The notes below the pieces were generated by a model that was not told the DNA's origin, ran no database searches, and saw nothing but the letters and a program-made list of their open reading frames with translations. Positions 11,543 through 27,875 of a stretch of 64,000 nt of DNA are shown here, piece after piece. The first letter of the stretch is position 1; each line of letters begins with the position of its first letter. A program made the translations under genes and the position numbers. This stretch comes from Amoebidium appalachense. Its lineage: Eukaryota; Protista; Ichthyosporea. The DNA lies in the NCBI GenBank assembly GCA_963693365.1, contig CAVNZM010000003.1:13610914-13674913 (forward strand), given 5' to 3'.

Positions 11543-14367
11543 AGGGAAAGACAAGACCCCCCCCCTCCCCCCCCCCTCCCCCCCCCCCCCCCCCCTCTCC
11601 GTTATCTTAATCTACCTTCGGCTTGGGCGGGGTTCTTCAAAAAAAAAAAAATCGCTAGCCATTTTATCTTATTAATGGTAGGTTATCTTGACCCGAACCA
11701 CCCCTGTACACTTACGTGTTCGGGGTGCAAGCACCGCAGCAGGAACATATATGTACACAACACGCGACGACGACCAGGCTATGTCACTACATGTATGATA
11801 TTTGCCTAATAACGCACGGGACCATGCGTGAGCAGCTGCCCGGCACGTGTACATGTACGTGTATTTGTACACATGTGTGTTCGCACGCCTGCAAAACATA
11901 CATGTGCGCGCGTAAATACGCGTTCAACTTGCTTCTTTTCTGCACCTCTGTTCTATACCATCGTACCGGAGGAAAACCTCGAGCTTCGAGCCTACTGTAC
12001 GCAGATGATGCTTGCTGCATGGATGCGCATTATTATAAATGTGAACATTGTGTGTACATGTGCATACGCGCGTGATATGCGGCAGGCATACGCGCGTACA
12101 TGTACAATGCATGGTTTACAAACGTTACGCAAATTTGGGTTCACTTCACTCAGTGCCTACGTCCATACATGCATGCGTGTTCACGACTGTTATTTGTAAA
12201 CACAATACATAATATGGCTGATATAATACCACCTGCCCGCACGCGCATGCATAAGCATATGGTTGCACTTGGCAGAAGGCATGATCGAACACGTACTGAG
12301 TCATACTCGGCCCACTGCGGATACGTACGTACGCCACGGTGCGCGTTAAATTATGGTGCTCGCGATGCATATGCATGGCCCAGAAATACTGAGCATAGCT
12401 GCAAGCTTGCCAAGAAGTAGATATTAGTCTATTGTTATGTGTAATGTATGGTGCACATAATTAACAGGGGGGGGGGGGGACCGGTGCGGCCTTGGTCACA
12501 GCAACCGAATGACCGTCAAAACAAAACGGGAATTACTATTTGAGAAAACGAATTTCGTCTGCAACTTCGAGTTCAAACCCCTATATACGCATAATCCCGT
12601 CGGGTAACTTTCATGGGTACACTCCTGCATTCCAATAATGACTCCCCGACTTTACACTACCAATGATTTGTTGACGAAGCACTACACAAGCGTACCAATC
12701 AAACGCTTTGCATAGCGATAAACCAATCATCTTCTTTCGGCATCTTTATGCTGAATAGGGGCCAACTAGAATGCCGTGCAACTTAGCGATTTGATTGGCG
12801 AAAATTGTTAATGGGCGTATGCGCGAGGCCCCTGGAATGTTGGAGCACTTTCAATCTGTTCTATGTTTCCAACATACACTGTGGTACAACATAAATAATA
12901 ATAAGTCGTCATTTAGCTTATTATAAACTGCTTTCTGGGTAATAAAAAGCTTTTCTTGCACCGAGTGTGCCCAAGTTTCCAGTCTCGCCAGGGTCCATAT
13001 ATGATGCATTCGATAACTCATCATTTCGATTTGACACCATATGCCGCAGCGTCCGCAGCATGCGCGTATAAGTAATCATGCAGATATATTAAAAAGTTAC
13101 TTATAATGTTAGTGACCATATACACAACTAAGGCTGTCAGATTTCATATTGATAAGCTAGGTCTCCGGGGTCACTATTCTTTCCAAGCCAGCAACAGGGT
13201 AGTACGCTATAGTTAACAACACATGAATGCAAGGCTTCTAGTAAGCCGCAAACATAAATGTACAGTAACAAAGTTTCCACTAGTACCCAACGTACGGAGC
13301 GGATTATTGCCATTTTCCTGTTTTCAGTAGCCTATATGGCGGATACGGTTAGAGAGTCTCGTTCATACATAGATTCGTTTATTCGTAATGTGGTGTGGTG
13401 TAAAAACGCAAAGATGATTATGGCTTGGCGTTGTAATCGGTTTCTGGTGTCTCCTGCTCGTATGTGTAATATGTGTGGGGGGCGGTTTACTCGCGGCTGC
13501 ATATCTATCAATAAATGCAACCTGTTAGCTAATGTATTAGAACCGGAGGTTATTGGCGGTTTTATTCTCTTTTCTTCCTCTCTTCCTCAATATATCCGTT
13601 TTAAGATGACTATCCTAGATCACCTTATTAATGCTGCACAGTATGATATTGTGATCCGGTGCCTTAACTTTCTTTTCGGAGCTACCGATGCTAGCATCTG
13701 CTTACCCATAATATGTAATAGGGGTGTCAGATACTACGATGGCGCTCATTGTTGCCTAGCATGTACGTATGTCACCGGCTGCATTTGATTGGCTGTGCTG
13801 GAAAACGCAGTAGGCCGTCGAATGTGGCTGGGCCTCCGGCAGTGTCCACGCAATAAAAAGTGTGTAAACCCCTTTTCATGTTCATGCTGTACGTACGCTT
13901 GGACGTTTCCGTATCACCATAAAAAAAAATATTACCAGAACACTACGGGGTTCGCAGCATATGTAAGGCCTACACTGTCCTGGAAATAGATCTAGAGGCA
14001 GAATGTTTCCTGTGCAAGTTTGTGAGTATGGTGGCTTTTGAAATTAGCCATCGGTAACGGGGCTTCCGGATAGAACCGGTCTACATGAGCACCAGAAACG
14101 CTGCCAGGTAAGCCGCAAAAATGCTTCTTCTCCAGATCCCTACCGATCGCCCTTTTTTCATGAATTTGTTCTTTCGTTATCTGTGGTGATCCTCTCGCAG
14201 ACGACAGTTGTGAGCTCTGATCTCCCGGCAGGCTTAACTTTCCCTACCCCTTTACTCCCGCTGTTCTCATTCCACAGAATCGTTGAGGCGAATAAGAACT
14301 GCTTTTTTCGCATACACACAAGCTTTCAAAACTGGTGTGTGGTAGGACACATCCGTGTGTGTAGTTG

Positions 14368-18540
<4,173 letters not shown>

Positions 18541-19759
18541 CATGGCCTCCCCTCCTCCTTCTCAGACTCCTGCTTGCTTGCACCTTTAGTGAAAATTTGT
18601 CGGTTTCTCCACATACATTTTGGGGAAATCTATTTCTTTTTTAATCAATAGTACTAGATCTTAAACTAGAAATGTGCAGGCTTTAGACCCTCTCGCTTTT
18701 GAACTAAAAAACTAAAACAAATCTTTATTAAAGATATATATCTTGACTCCGCTGGTGTTGTTAAAACATGCCCGGTTTTTCGTGTTTGCATGGTGTAATG
18801 GGCCAGTCACTTGAGACAGAATTGTTGTAGAATAAATTTTATTGTGAGGTCGTTCGGCTCATTGAGGAGCGGCCTTATGTTTAAAAAACAAAAGCCAGAA
18901 TGACAAACATTCCGGCTTGCTTTGAAAACTTCTGTCACAGTAGGCATACGTCACCGAACTGATGCTATCAGCATAATCTTTACTCACTATATCAAGTATC
19001 TTCAGAACGCAAAGTCTTCCTCTGTCATAACAAAATATACAACTATTTACAATGAAGATGCCACCAGGGTCTTTGAACTTACATCACAGAACTATGTACA
19101 CGTATATGTCTTGTCTGCTGCTCAGAATCTTGACAACCTACATCATTACAGAATACAATTCAAAAAAGATCAACACAGGAGTGAAACTTAGGGAGTACAA
19201 AGCAGCTTTCAAACCCTACAACGTCACGACGTTCCATGGCTGCTGCTTCAATCACCGTGCCAGTTCCCGAGCAGAGTGACAACACTTCCCTGTTCGGTGG
19301 GCAGTGCCTGCGAACAAGTGCCCGTTCCACGTTCACGGGTTTCTGTGGAGGGAAAGGAGGAGAGTAATTAGACAATGGACCGGGCTCACGCTCGAATGGA
19401 CATCGGTGCTAACATTTCTAGTGACGACTAGAAAGTGGAATGACTTGAAAGCTGAGGGCTTACAAGTGAGATGAATTGAGCGCTGATTTTTCTAGTTGTA
19501 ACTAGAAATGTCGTCACTGTTGTCTGGAGGTTAGGATTTCTAGTTGAAACTAGAACATGACGTGATTCTGACGTCATCTTAAACGTGAGGCTGTGTGGGT
19601 GCAGTGGTTTCACGTGATGCACAGGAGGGGAAAGGGAAGTCCTGCTGTAATAAAAAGAGGCCACAGACTATGGGTGGTGAGGAAGGGGGACAGAGTAAAG
19701 AGGATGAGGAGGGGGCTGTTGCCGTACGGTGTGCCATAATGAGGGAGGGGGATGGCCGG

Positions 19760-19822
<63 letters not shown>

Positions 19823-19991
19823 TGTGTGTGTGTGTCTGTGTGTGTGCTTGGCTTGTGGGCAAGAAGCACGGAGTAAACAACAGGATGAGGAGGACCGTGT
19901 GTGTGTGTGTGTGTGTGAAGAGGTGGTGGGCCGGGGCTGTGTGCATGTGTGGTGTGCATGTGTGGTGTGTGCGTGGTGTGTGTTGTGTGTG

Positions 19992-20086
<95 letters not shown>

Positions 20087-20129
20087 TGTTGAACGTGTGA
20101 ATTTTGACGTGTAGAGTGCTGTGTGCATG

Positions 20130-20274
20130 CATAGATCACAATTCCCCACTGAAGATGCACACACTGAAGATCGATGAAGACAGCAGTAGACTTTCGTTGG
20201 GAGGTGTCTCTACACGGATGATGTGTAGACCACTGGCCAGGGCCCCAACCTACTTGAAGACCACTGTAGATGAA

Positions 20275-20314
<40 letters not shown>

Positions 20315-22448
20315 CTCAGTCACGAAGACTGAGTGAAGCACGGTGCTGCTCGAGGGAGGGCCCGGGCAGGGGCTTGGTGAAGATGTCGGCCACGTTGTCC
20401 TTGGTGGACACATAGGTGACGACCACATCCCCACTCTTGATGTAGTCCTTCGTGTTGTGGTACCGGACGGCAATGTGTTTGGTCCGGGGCTTGATGCTGT
20501 TGGTGTGCAGGAGGGCAATGGTGGACTGGTTGTCACAGTAGACGGGGGTGGGGTCGGTCATCGGGTAGCCGAGTTCACGGAGGAGATCACGGTGCCAGAT
20601 GACGTTTTGAACAGCAGCATTGATGGCCAGAAGCTCAGCCTCGGTGGTGGATGTTGCCGTGATGGACTGCAGCTTCGAATACCATGTGTTGGGGATGCCC
20701 TTGAAGAAGATGACGTAGCCAGTGGTTGAACGACGGGTGGTGGGGCAGTTGGCAAAGTCGGCATCAGAATAACACTCCAGCAAGGGGGTGTTGTCGTCGG
20801 ATGCAGACTTGTCGTAGTGAAGGCCGAGGTTGGAAGTGCCGATGAGGTACCGAACTACACGGAGCAGACATTCCCATGCAAGTTTGGTGGGGTTGGCACT
20901 GAATCTACCGAGGTAGCCGATGGCAAAGGAGATGTCGGGCCGGGAACAACGAGCAACCCACAAAAGACGGCCGAGTAGTTCACGGTAAGGAACCTTGATG
21001 GGTGGTGAGTCGTTCTCGTTGATGGTGATGACGGTGCCGACGGGAATGGGAGTAGCCTTGGGGTGGGCATCGTTGAGGTTGAAGTCTCTGACGATGTCGT
21101 TGATGTAGGACTGTTGAAGCAGCTTGAGGTGACCGGGGGTGTGGATGAGCTGTGTGCCGAGGAAGATGTCGGGGAGGTCGACCTTGCAGAGAGCTGACTT
21201 CATGATGTTGTGGTCAACTAGATCCTTGGTGTGGGAAGAGTTGGCCGTGCAGATGATGATGACGTCGTCCACATAGTTGCCAGTGAGGATGATGTCACCG
21301 TTGGGGAAGGACTTGATGTAGACACAGGGATCTGAACGAAGAACGAAGACGTTCGAGACCGTGAGCAAGGAGGACCTTGTCGAAGTACTCATACCAGGCC
21401 AGTGATGCCTGCTTGAGGCCGTAGAGTACTTGGTACTCGGAGGTGAGGGCAGCTATGACGGCATCACCGTTGGGACCGTTGCAAAGCTTTTGAATGCCCT
21501 TGGGTAGTTGGTCAATGTTGATGGTCGGTGCTGTGATGCTGACCAGTGCCGTTGGTGGCTTGGTGAGACGTGCAGACCGACGAAGGTTCGGCTTGGGGGG
21601 GTCCTTGAGGGGGGTGGAGGCCGGGGAAGAGTTGTAGGCCGGGACAGGGGCATGGAAGCCAGGAATAGGACCGGTGGTGAGAGGGGCATCGGTGTCCATA
21701 GGGCTCCTCGTGGCCGAGTGGAAGGTGGGGGACCCAGGACGAACCGGAGTCATGTAGCCGGGTGGATGCACAGCAACGGGGGGGGCCGGCAGCAAGGGTT
21801 GTTGGCCAGTGGGGGGGGGGGCTCGGGGGAGGCACGGGTTCAACCGGGGCTGGTTGGTTGTGCCAGGACGGGTTGGTGATGACTACAGACGGAATTTCAT
21901 CGTCGTCTTCGGAGGGGGGGTCCAATGTCGGCAGATCGGGTTTGGGGGGATCGGGGACCTGATTGGTGCTGCTCGTGAATTTTGACTCGTCAAAGATCAC
22001 GTCACGGCAGATCTTGACTTGGTTGCTGGCACGGTCGAGGATCTTGTGTGCCTTCGAGGGCAAATCCCAGCCGACGTAGGTGCCGACTCTGACGGTTGAT
22101 GCAAGCTTGTTCCTCTTGGATCGGGGAACATGGACATAGGCAGGGGAGCCGAACACGTGGAGCTGGGAGACGTCGGGTTTGAAGCTGTGGAAGGCCTCGA
22201 AGGGGGTGTTGCCGTTGGCAGCAGATGACGGTGTGACGTTGATGATGTAGCTAGCATGCTTGAGAGCAGCAACCCACAACTTGGGAGAGAGAGGTTGGTC
22301 CTTGTCGGCATGGAGGAAGCAACGGACTGTCTCTTGCAGTTCTCTCATCTTCCGTTCAACAACACCGTTGTGCTGTGGTGTGTCGACGGGGGCAAACTCC
22401 ATGATGATGCCTTTCTGCTGGCAGTAGGCTTCGGTGTCCTTGGATGTG
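20130..22448 (-). mobile_element. pol: Degenerate Ty1/copia fragment (integrase C-half, RT with deletion, RNase H)
   Basis: TPQHNGVVERKMR, FGSPAYVHVP, YGLKQAS, YVDD, YSDADFA, RTKHIAVRYH, ADIFTKPL. Frameshifted; cut at 22448 by the satellite. Confidence 0.9.
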
Positions 22449-22474
22449 AACGTTGTGTTTTTTTCGTGTGACCC

Positions 22475-23403
22475 TGTAAAATTATATAAGTATTTGGGAC
22501 GGAAGCAGAGACACAGTGGTGCAGTGTGAAAACACCACAGACACACAACAACAAACTTTGAAACACGGAACGATCGGAGCAGTGTACACAACAGACATCA
22601 ATGTTTAGACACGACTGAACTCAACTTATTTTGATCTCGAATAAATACCTGAAATTCCCTTAAGTTAAATCCATACGTGATTTCCGACCAGTCGGAAATC
22701 AGATCTGTTTCTAATAGAAACCAATCACTAAGAACCAATTGCTTTCAGAGAGATCTGGTACGCGGAGACGTACACGATAGGACACAGACACTAGTTAAGA
22801 TCAACTCGTGTCATTATCAAGGAAGTTCTAACCTATGATACACTGCAAAGACTCAGACATATCACACTTAACCTTGATGATTGGTTAAAGCTCGGCAACA
22901 CATGAAAACTAAAGTAAATTAATGAAGTCTGATCACACATGTCAACCTAAGTGTAGCCTAAGTGTGTTACCGTCCAATCAACACACATTAAGTAACACAA
23001 ATCTACCTAACATATATTAGTAGAAAAGAAATACGATTATACACATGAAGACAAGGAGAGAATGAAAAGAAAATAAGGGAGGAGAAAGAGAAAGGAGGAG
23101 AGAGCACAGATCAACAAATAAGATAGTAATAGTATAACTATAACTAGAGATATTTATGTACACACGAACATGTACACGTCTCTCCCTGAGTGGGTGGATC
23201 CGCGTACACACATATAAATATTCTAATTGATATTACAATACACGATTAAAGCCGATACAACACGATTACAAGTATACAAGCATATCGGAGATCGATGCTA
23301 CACTTTACATGATAGGAGTGTGGCATTTATCCTAAGCATATGAACTGAAACATAACACAAACTGAGAAGATCTTACAATATGTAAATACTACGTATTATA
23401 ACA
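22475..23403. mobile_element. Solo LTR (929 bp) inserted in the satellite
   Basis: Begins TGTAAAATTA, ends TATTATAACA, flanked by a 5-bp TSD GACCC (22470-22474 and 23404-23408); removing it restores a satellite unit. Confidence 0.85.
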
Positions 23404-25545
23404 GACCCTCGTACTCCAGGGGCACATTCACCATCCCCCCCATAAACTTTTTGGTAAATTTCTCGTGCTAGAGGCTGTTCTGTGGGTAGTTATTGAAAAA
23501 CCAATAATGTGTAAGTAACACATGTACATATACTATGCTACAAGGGGGGTTCTATTCGAGCTACAACGTTGTGTTTTTTTCGTGTGACCCTCGTACTCCA
23601 GGGGCACATTCACCATCCCTACCATAAACGTTTTGGTAAACTTCTCGTGCTAGAAGCTGTTCTGTGGGTAGTTATTGAAAAAACCAATAATGTGTAAGTA
23701 ACACATGTACATATACTATGCTACAAGGGGGGTTCTATTCGAGCTACAACGTTGTTGTTTTTTCGTGTGACCCTCGTACTCCAGGGGCACATTCACCATC
23801 CCCCCCACAAACTTTGTGGTAAATGTCTCGTGCTAGAGGCTGTTCTGTGGGTAGTTATTGAAAAAACCAATAATGTGTAAGTAACATATGTACATATACT
23901 ATGCTCCAAGGGGGGCTCTATACGAGCTACAACGTTGTGTTTTTTTCGTGTGACCCTCGTGCTGCAGGGGCACATTCACCATCCCCGCCTTAAACGTTTT
24001 GGTAAATGTCTCGTGCTAGAGGCTGTTCTGTGGGTAGTTATTGAAAAACCAATAATGTGTAAGTAACACAATGTGTACATATACTATGCTACAAGGGGGG
24101 TTCTATTCGAGCTACAACGTTGTGTTTTTTTCGTGTGACCCTCGTACTCCAGGGGCACATTTATCATCCCCCCCATAAACTTTGTGGTAAGTGTCTCGTG
24201 CTAGAGGCTGTTCTGTGAGTAGTTATTGAAAAACCAATAATGTCTAGGTAACATATGTACATATACTATGCTACAAGGGGGGTTCTATACGAGCTAAAAC
24301 GTTGTGTTTTTTTCGTGTGACCCTCGTACTCCAGGGGCACGTTCACCATCCCCCCCACAAACGTTGTGGTAACTTTCTCGTGCTAGAGGCTGTTCTGTGG
24401 GTAGTTATTGAAAAACCAATAATGTCTAGGTAACATATCTACATATACTATGCTACAAGGGGGGTTCTATACGAGCTACAACGTTGTGTTTTTTTCGTGT
24501 GACCCTCGTACTCCAGGGGCACATTCACCATCGCCCCCACAAACGTTGTGGTAAATTGCTCGTGCTAGAGGCTGTTCTGTGGGTAGTTATTGAAAAAACC
24601 AAAAATGTGTAAGTAGCATATGTACATGTACTATGCTACAAGGGGGGTTCTATACGAGCTACAACGTTGTGTTTTTTTCGTGTGACCCTCGTACTCCAGG
24701 GGCACGTTCACCATCCCCCCCCACAAACGTTGTGGTAACGTTCTCGTGCTAGAGGCTGTTCTGTGGGTAGTTATTGAAAAAACCAAAAATGTGTAAGTAA
24801 CATATGTACATGTACTATGCTACAAGGGGGGTTCTATACGAGCTACAACGTTGTGTTTTTTTCGTGTGACCCTCGTACTCCAGGGGCACATTCACCATCC
24901 CCCCCACAAACGTTGTGGTAAATTGCTCGTGCTAGAGGCTGTTCTGTGGGTAGTTATTGAAAAAACCAAAAATGTGTAAGTAGCATATGTACATGTACTA
25001 TGCTACAAGGGGGGTTCTATACGAGCTACAACGTTGTGGTTTTTTCGTGTGACCCTCGTACTGCAGGGGCACATTCCATCCCCGGCATAAACGTTTTGGT
25101 AAATAAAACGCAGTAGGCCGTCGAATGTGGCTGGGCCTCCGGCAGTGTCCACGCAATAAAAAGGGTGTAAACCCCTAACACATGTACATATACTATGCTA
25201 CACGGGGGGTTCTATTCGAGCTACAAGGTTGTGTTTTTTTCGTGTGACCCTCGTACTCCAGGGGCACATTTACCATCCCCCCCATAAACATTGTGGTAAA
25301 TTTCTCGTGCTAGAGGCTGTTCTGTGGGTAGTTATTGAAAAACCAATAATGTCTAGGTAACATATGTACATATACTATGCTACAAGGGGGGTTCTATACG
25401 AGCTACAACGTTGTGTTTTTTTCGTGTGACCCTCGTACTCCAGGGGCACATTCACCATCCCCCCTTATAATTTGTGGTGAATTTCTCGTGGTAGAAGCTA
25501 CTCTGTGGGTAGTTATTGAAAAAACCTGATGCTTATAAGTAACGC
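23404..25545 (+). repeat. Approx. 183-bp tandem satellite, approx. 12 units (left arm)
   Basis: GACCCTCGTACT(C/G)CAGGGGCAC-type anchors at approx. 23404, 23586, 23769, 23952, 24137, 24319, 24501, 24684, 24868, 25051, 25246 and 25428. Confidence 0.97.
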
Positions 25546-25610
25546 ATGCACAAATTGTCATCATAGCATTATACTACCACAGTAGTTGGTCGACAATCGA
25601 GTGGTACAGC

Positions 25611-25680
25611 ATGGTGACAGGATACGAATTCACCGAGGACTCACTCAACGAGATGAACGAGCGTTACAGAACATACGTGT

Positions 25681-25722
<42 letters not shown>

Positions 25723-26117
25723 CCCCCACCCAACCCCCCCTGTCTTCCCTCCTTCCCACTACGACCCCCCCCCCCCCCCCCCTCCCTGCACGTGTCTAGG
25801 TGTATAGATCCTACAGGTAATGATGGCAGAACTTTCGCCATTTGGTAATGGACTCCATGCCGCTCTAGTGCATTATATTGTAAAGTAATATCACCAACAA
25901 AAAACGCAGGTTCGGCAAAGCTGCGTACGAGTGCTTCAAGGACTCCACCAAGAACGAACTCAAAACATCGAAATTCCATGCTGGTGTGCATTATTCTGAC
26001 GACTATCGCCTCTTTGGCCCGGTGGAGTCAGCTGAGAGCTGGGAGCGTGCACACAAATACTACTGCAAGATGCCGTATCGTATGACCGACAAGAACTCTG
26101 CATTGAATATTTTGCAG
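25611..26117 (+). pseudogene. Plavaka (CMC/EnSpm-related) transposase, C-terminal exons only
   Basis: Exon YEFTEDSLNEMNERYR, a poly-C intron, then after CAG(25909) FGKAAYECF...KFHAGVHYSDDYRLFG..ESWERAHKYYCKMPYRMTDK. This matches the Plavaka-type K.H...HY...I..FG....E..E..H....K..YR.T(N/D) motif. Confidence 0.7.
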
Positions 26118-26248
26118 TTGAGTACTAGTACTCCAAAATATGGTGAAATCTACGATATCCTGCGAGCATCTTTGTATGTCGTAGTCCACATGTCGACGAT
26201 ATTATGTATCGTCTTACGACCGTTTGTACCGTTCGATATATCGTTTTA

Positions 26249-26997
26249 TGTTGTTTTGTACGGGTCTAAGGGAGCAGAGTGCCCAGAGGTGTCATGTAAA
26301 ACACGACTAACACATTAATGAGAGGGCAATCGGAGTTGTTCACGAGACATTGAAAGATTTCAAACAACAACTGATTCTTTATTGTGCTCTCGGTTCCTTT
26401 TGTACTTGCGACTTATCACCTTATCACAACTAAAGAGGGAGAACCAATCGGTTCTATCAGAAGATAGAAAACCACATTCCGACAGAGCATACGCATTCCA
26501 ACTTCCGATTAAACTAAAGTTTAGAAACTCTTACTTAAATAAATTAAGTAATTATACATCTAGTTACTATTAACTCACATATATATTTATGTTCGTCTCT
26601 ATAAAGAAACTTATTTAAATACATATATTTCCTAATAGTCGACACTCTCAAAGTGAAGACACTTTGCAATAAACCGAATTCCATATATATCTATTGTCCA
26701 ATCACAACACACATATATTAACAGACAGGAATGCACAACACAATCTACAGATGTACTCGCTCGCGACTATTGGCGAGCCATCCTTTTGAGAACAAAACTA
26801 AGCCATTTTGAAATAAAGGAAAGACAACGAGTGAGGCTAGCCAATCATGCTACCTCTCAGATAAACAGAGGAGAGCAAACAGAAATAAATTACAATAAGT
26901 TCTTATCAGGCAAGAGAGCCAGGTGTGCACAGATCTACAGATATCTGTGCCCACAGAAACAAGGGAGAGAGAGATACGGGGGGGGGGGGGGGGGGGG

Positions 26998-27059
<62 letters not shown>

Positions 27060-27157
27060 ACAAAGAACTTGAAGGAAAGCAGACACGAATACAAACAAGC
27101 TAAGACACATACATACTTCAAGGCTCTTGCTGTCATACATGGTGACGTATTCCAACA
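26249..27157 (-). repeat. Copia 3' LTR
   Basis: Direct repeat of 33011-33887. Confidence 0.95.
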
Positions 27158-27875
27158 TCCCCACTCAAGGGGTTGAAGTTTGTGTTCTCGTGTCTGTTGA
27201 TGTGACGGTAGATGAGGTCCAAACACAGGAGGGGGCCGTCACACTCAAGTTTCCCCACTCGAGGATGCAAACCGAAGATCCTTGAGGTGGGAAGGAGAGA
27301 ATCAAAACTGAAGAGGCACACAACGACGGTTGCCTCTGAAGACTCGGAACAATAAATCATGGTGGTTATCGTCGATATATATTTATAGAGGAAACACTAG
27401 TGTATGTGTGACGTGTTGGTGGCTAATGGTTTATACTGGGGACCACCCAGGTAAACACAAGGCATGAACATCTTGTGGACTGATTTATAGACTGGTTGTC
27501 AACCAGTTAAGACACGGGGAAGGTGCATCCCGTGGACTAGGTTTAGACTGGCAGTCAACCAGCACGCCATGGCTATAGATAATTATTTATACTGGGACGC
27601 CATCCCAGTTCGACATATATATAAAGTCGAATATAGAAGAAAACCAATATATATGGTGGGATATGAATATAAATAAACGACGGATGGTGGAGAATAATCC
27701 CCACTGAAGATGCACACACATGACGATGTAAGACAGAGTCCCCACTGATGAAGAGAAACGATGAGGAGTAGTAGACTTTCGTTCGGAGGCATCTTGAACA
27801 CCGTAGGTGTGTCAACTGCTGTCCAGGGCCCCAACCTACTCAGAAACCACTCGATGATGAACACCAGTGCACGGG

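Noticed and set aside
13258-13788. 176-aa ORF as a gene
   Set aside because: No recognisable motif or codon bias; probably decayed repeat DNA.
23404-25545. CRISPR array interpretation of the 183-bp and 359-bp arrays
   Set aside because: The units are conserved along their whole length with no repeat-spacer alternation, there are no cas genes, and the context is eukaryotic. Only one unit has a foreign insert.
26382-26573. Identical 63-aa ORFs here and at 33144-33335
   Set aside because: They simply reflect the two copia LTRs; there is no coding evidence.
27740-27770. Hammerhead ribozyme core (CTGATGA..GAAAC)
   Set aside because: Only 3 nt lie between the core motifs, so there is no stem II, and I could not find flanking stems I/III.
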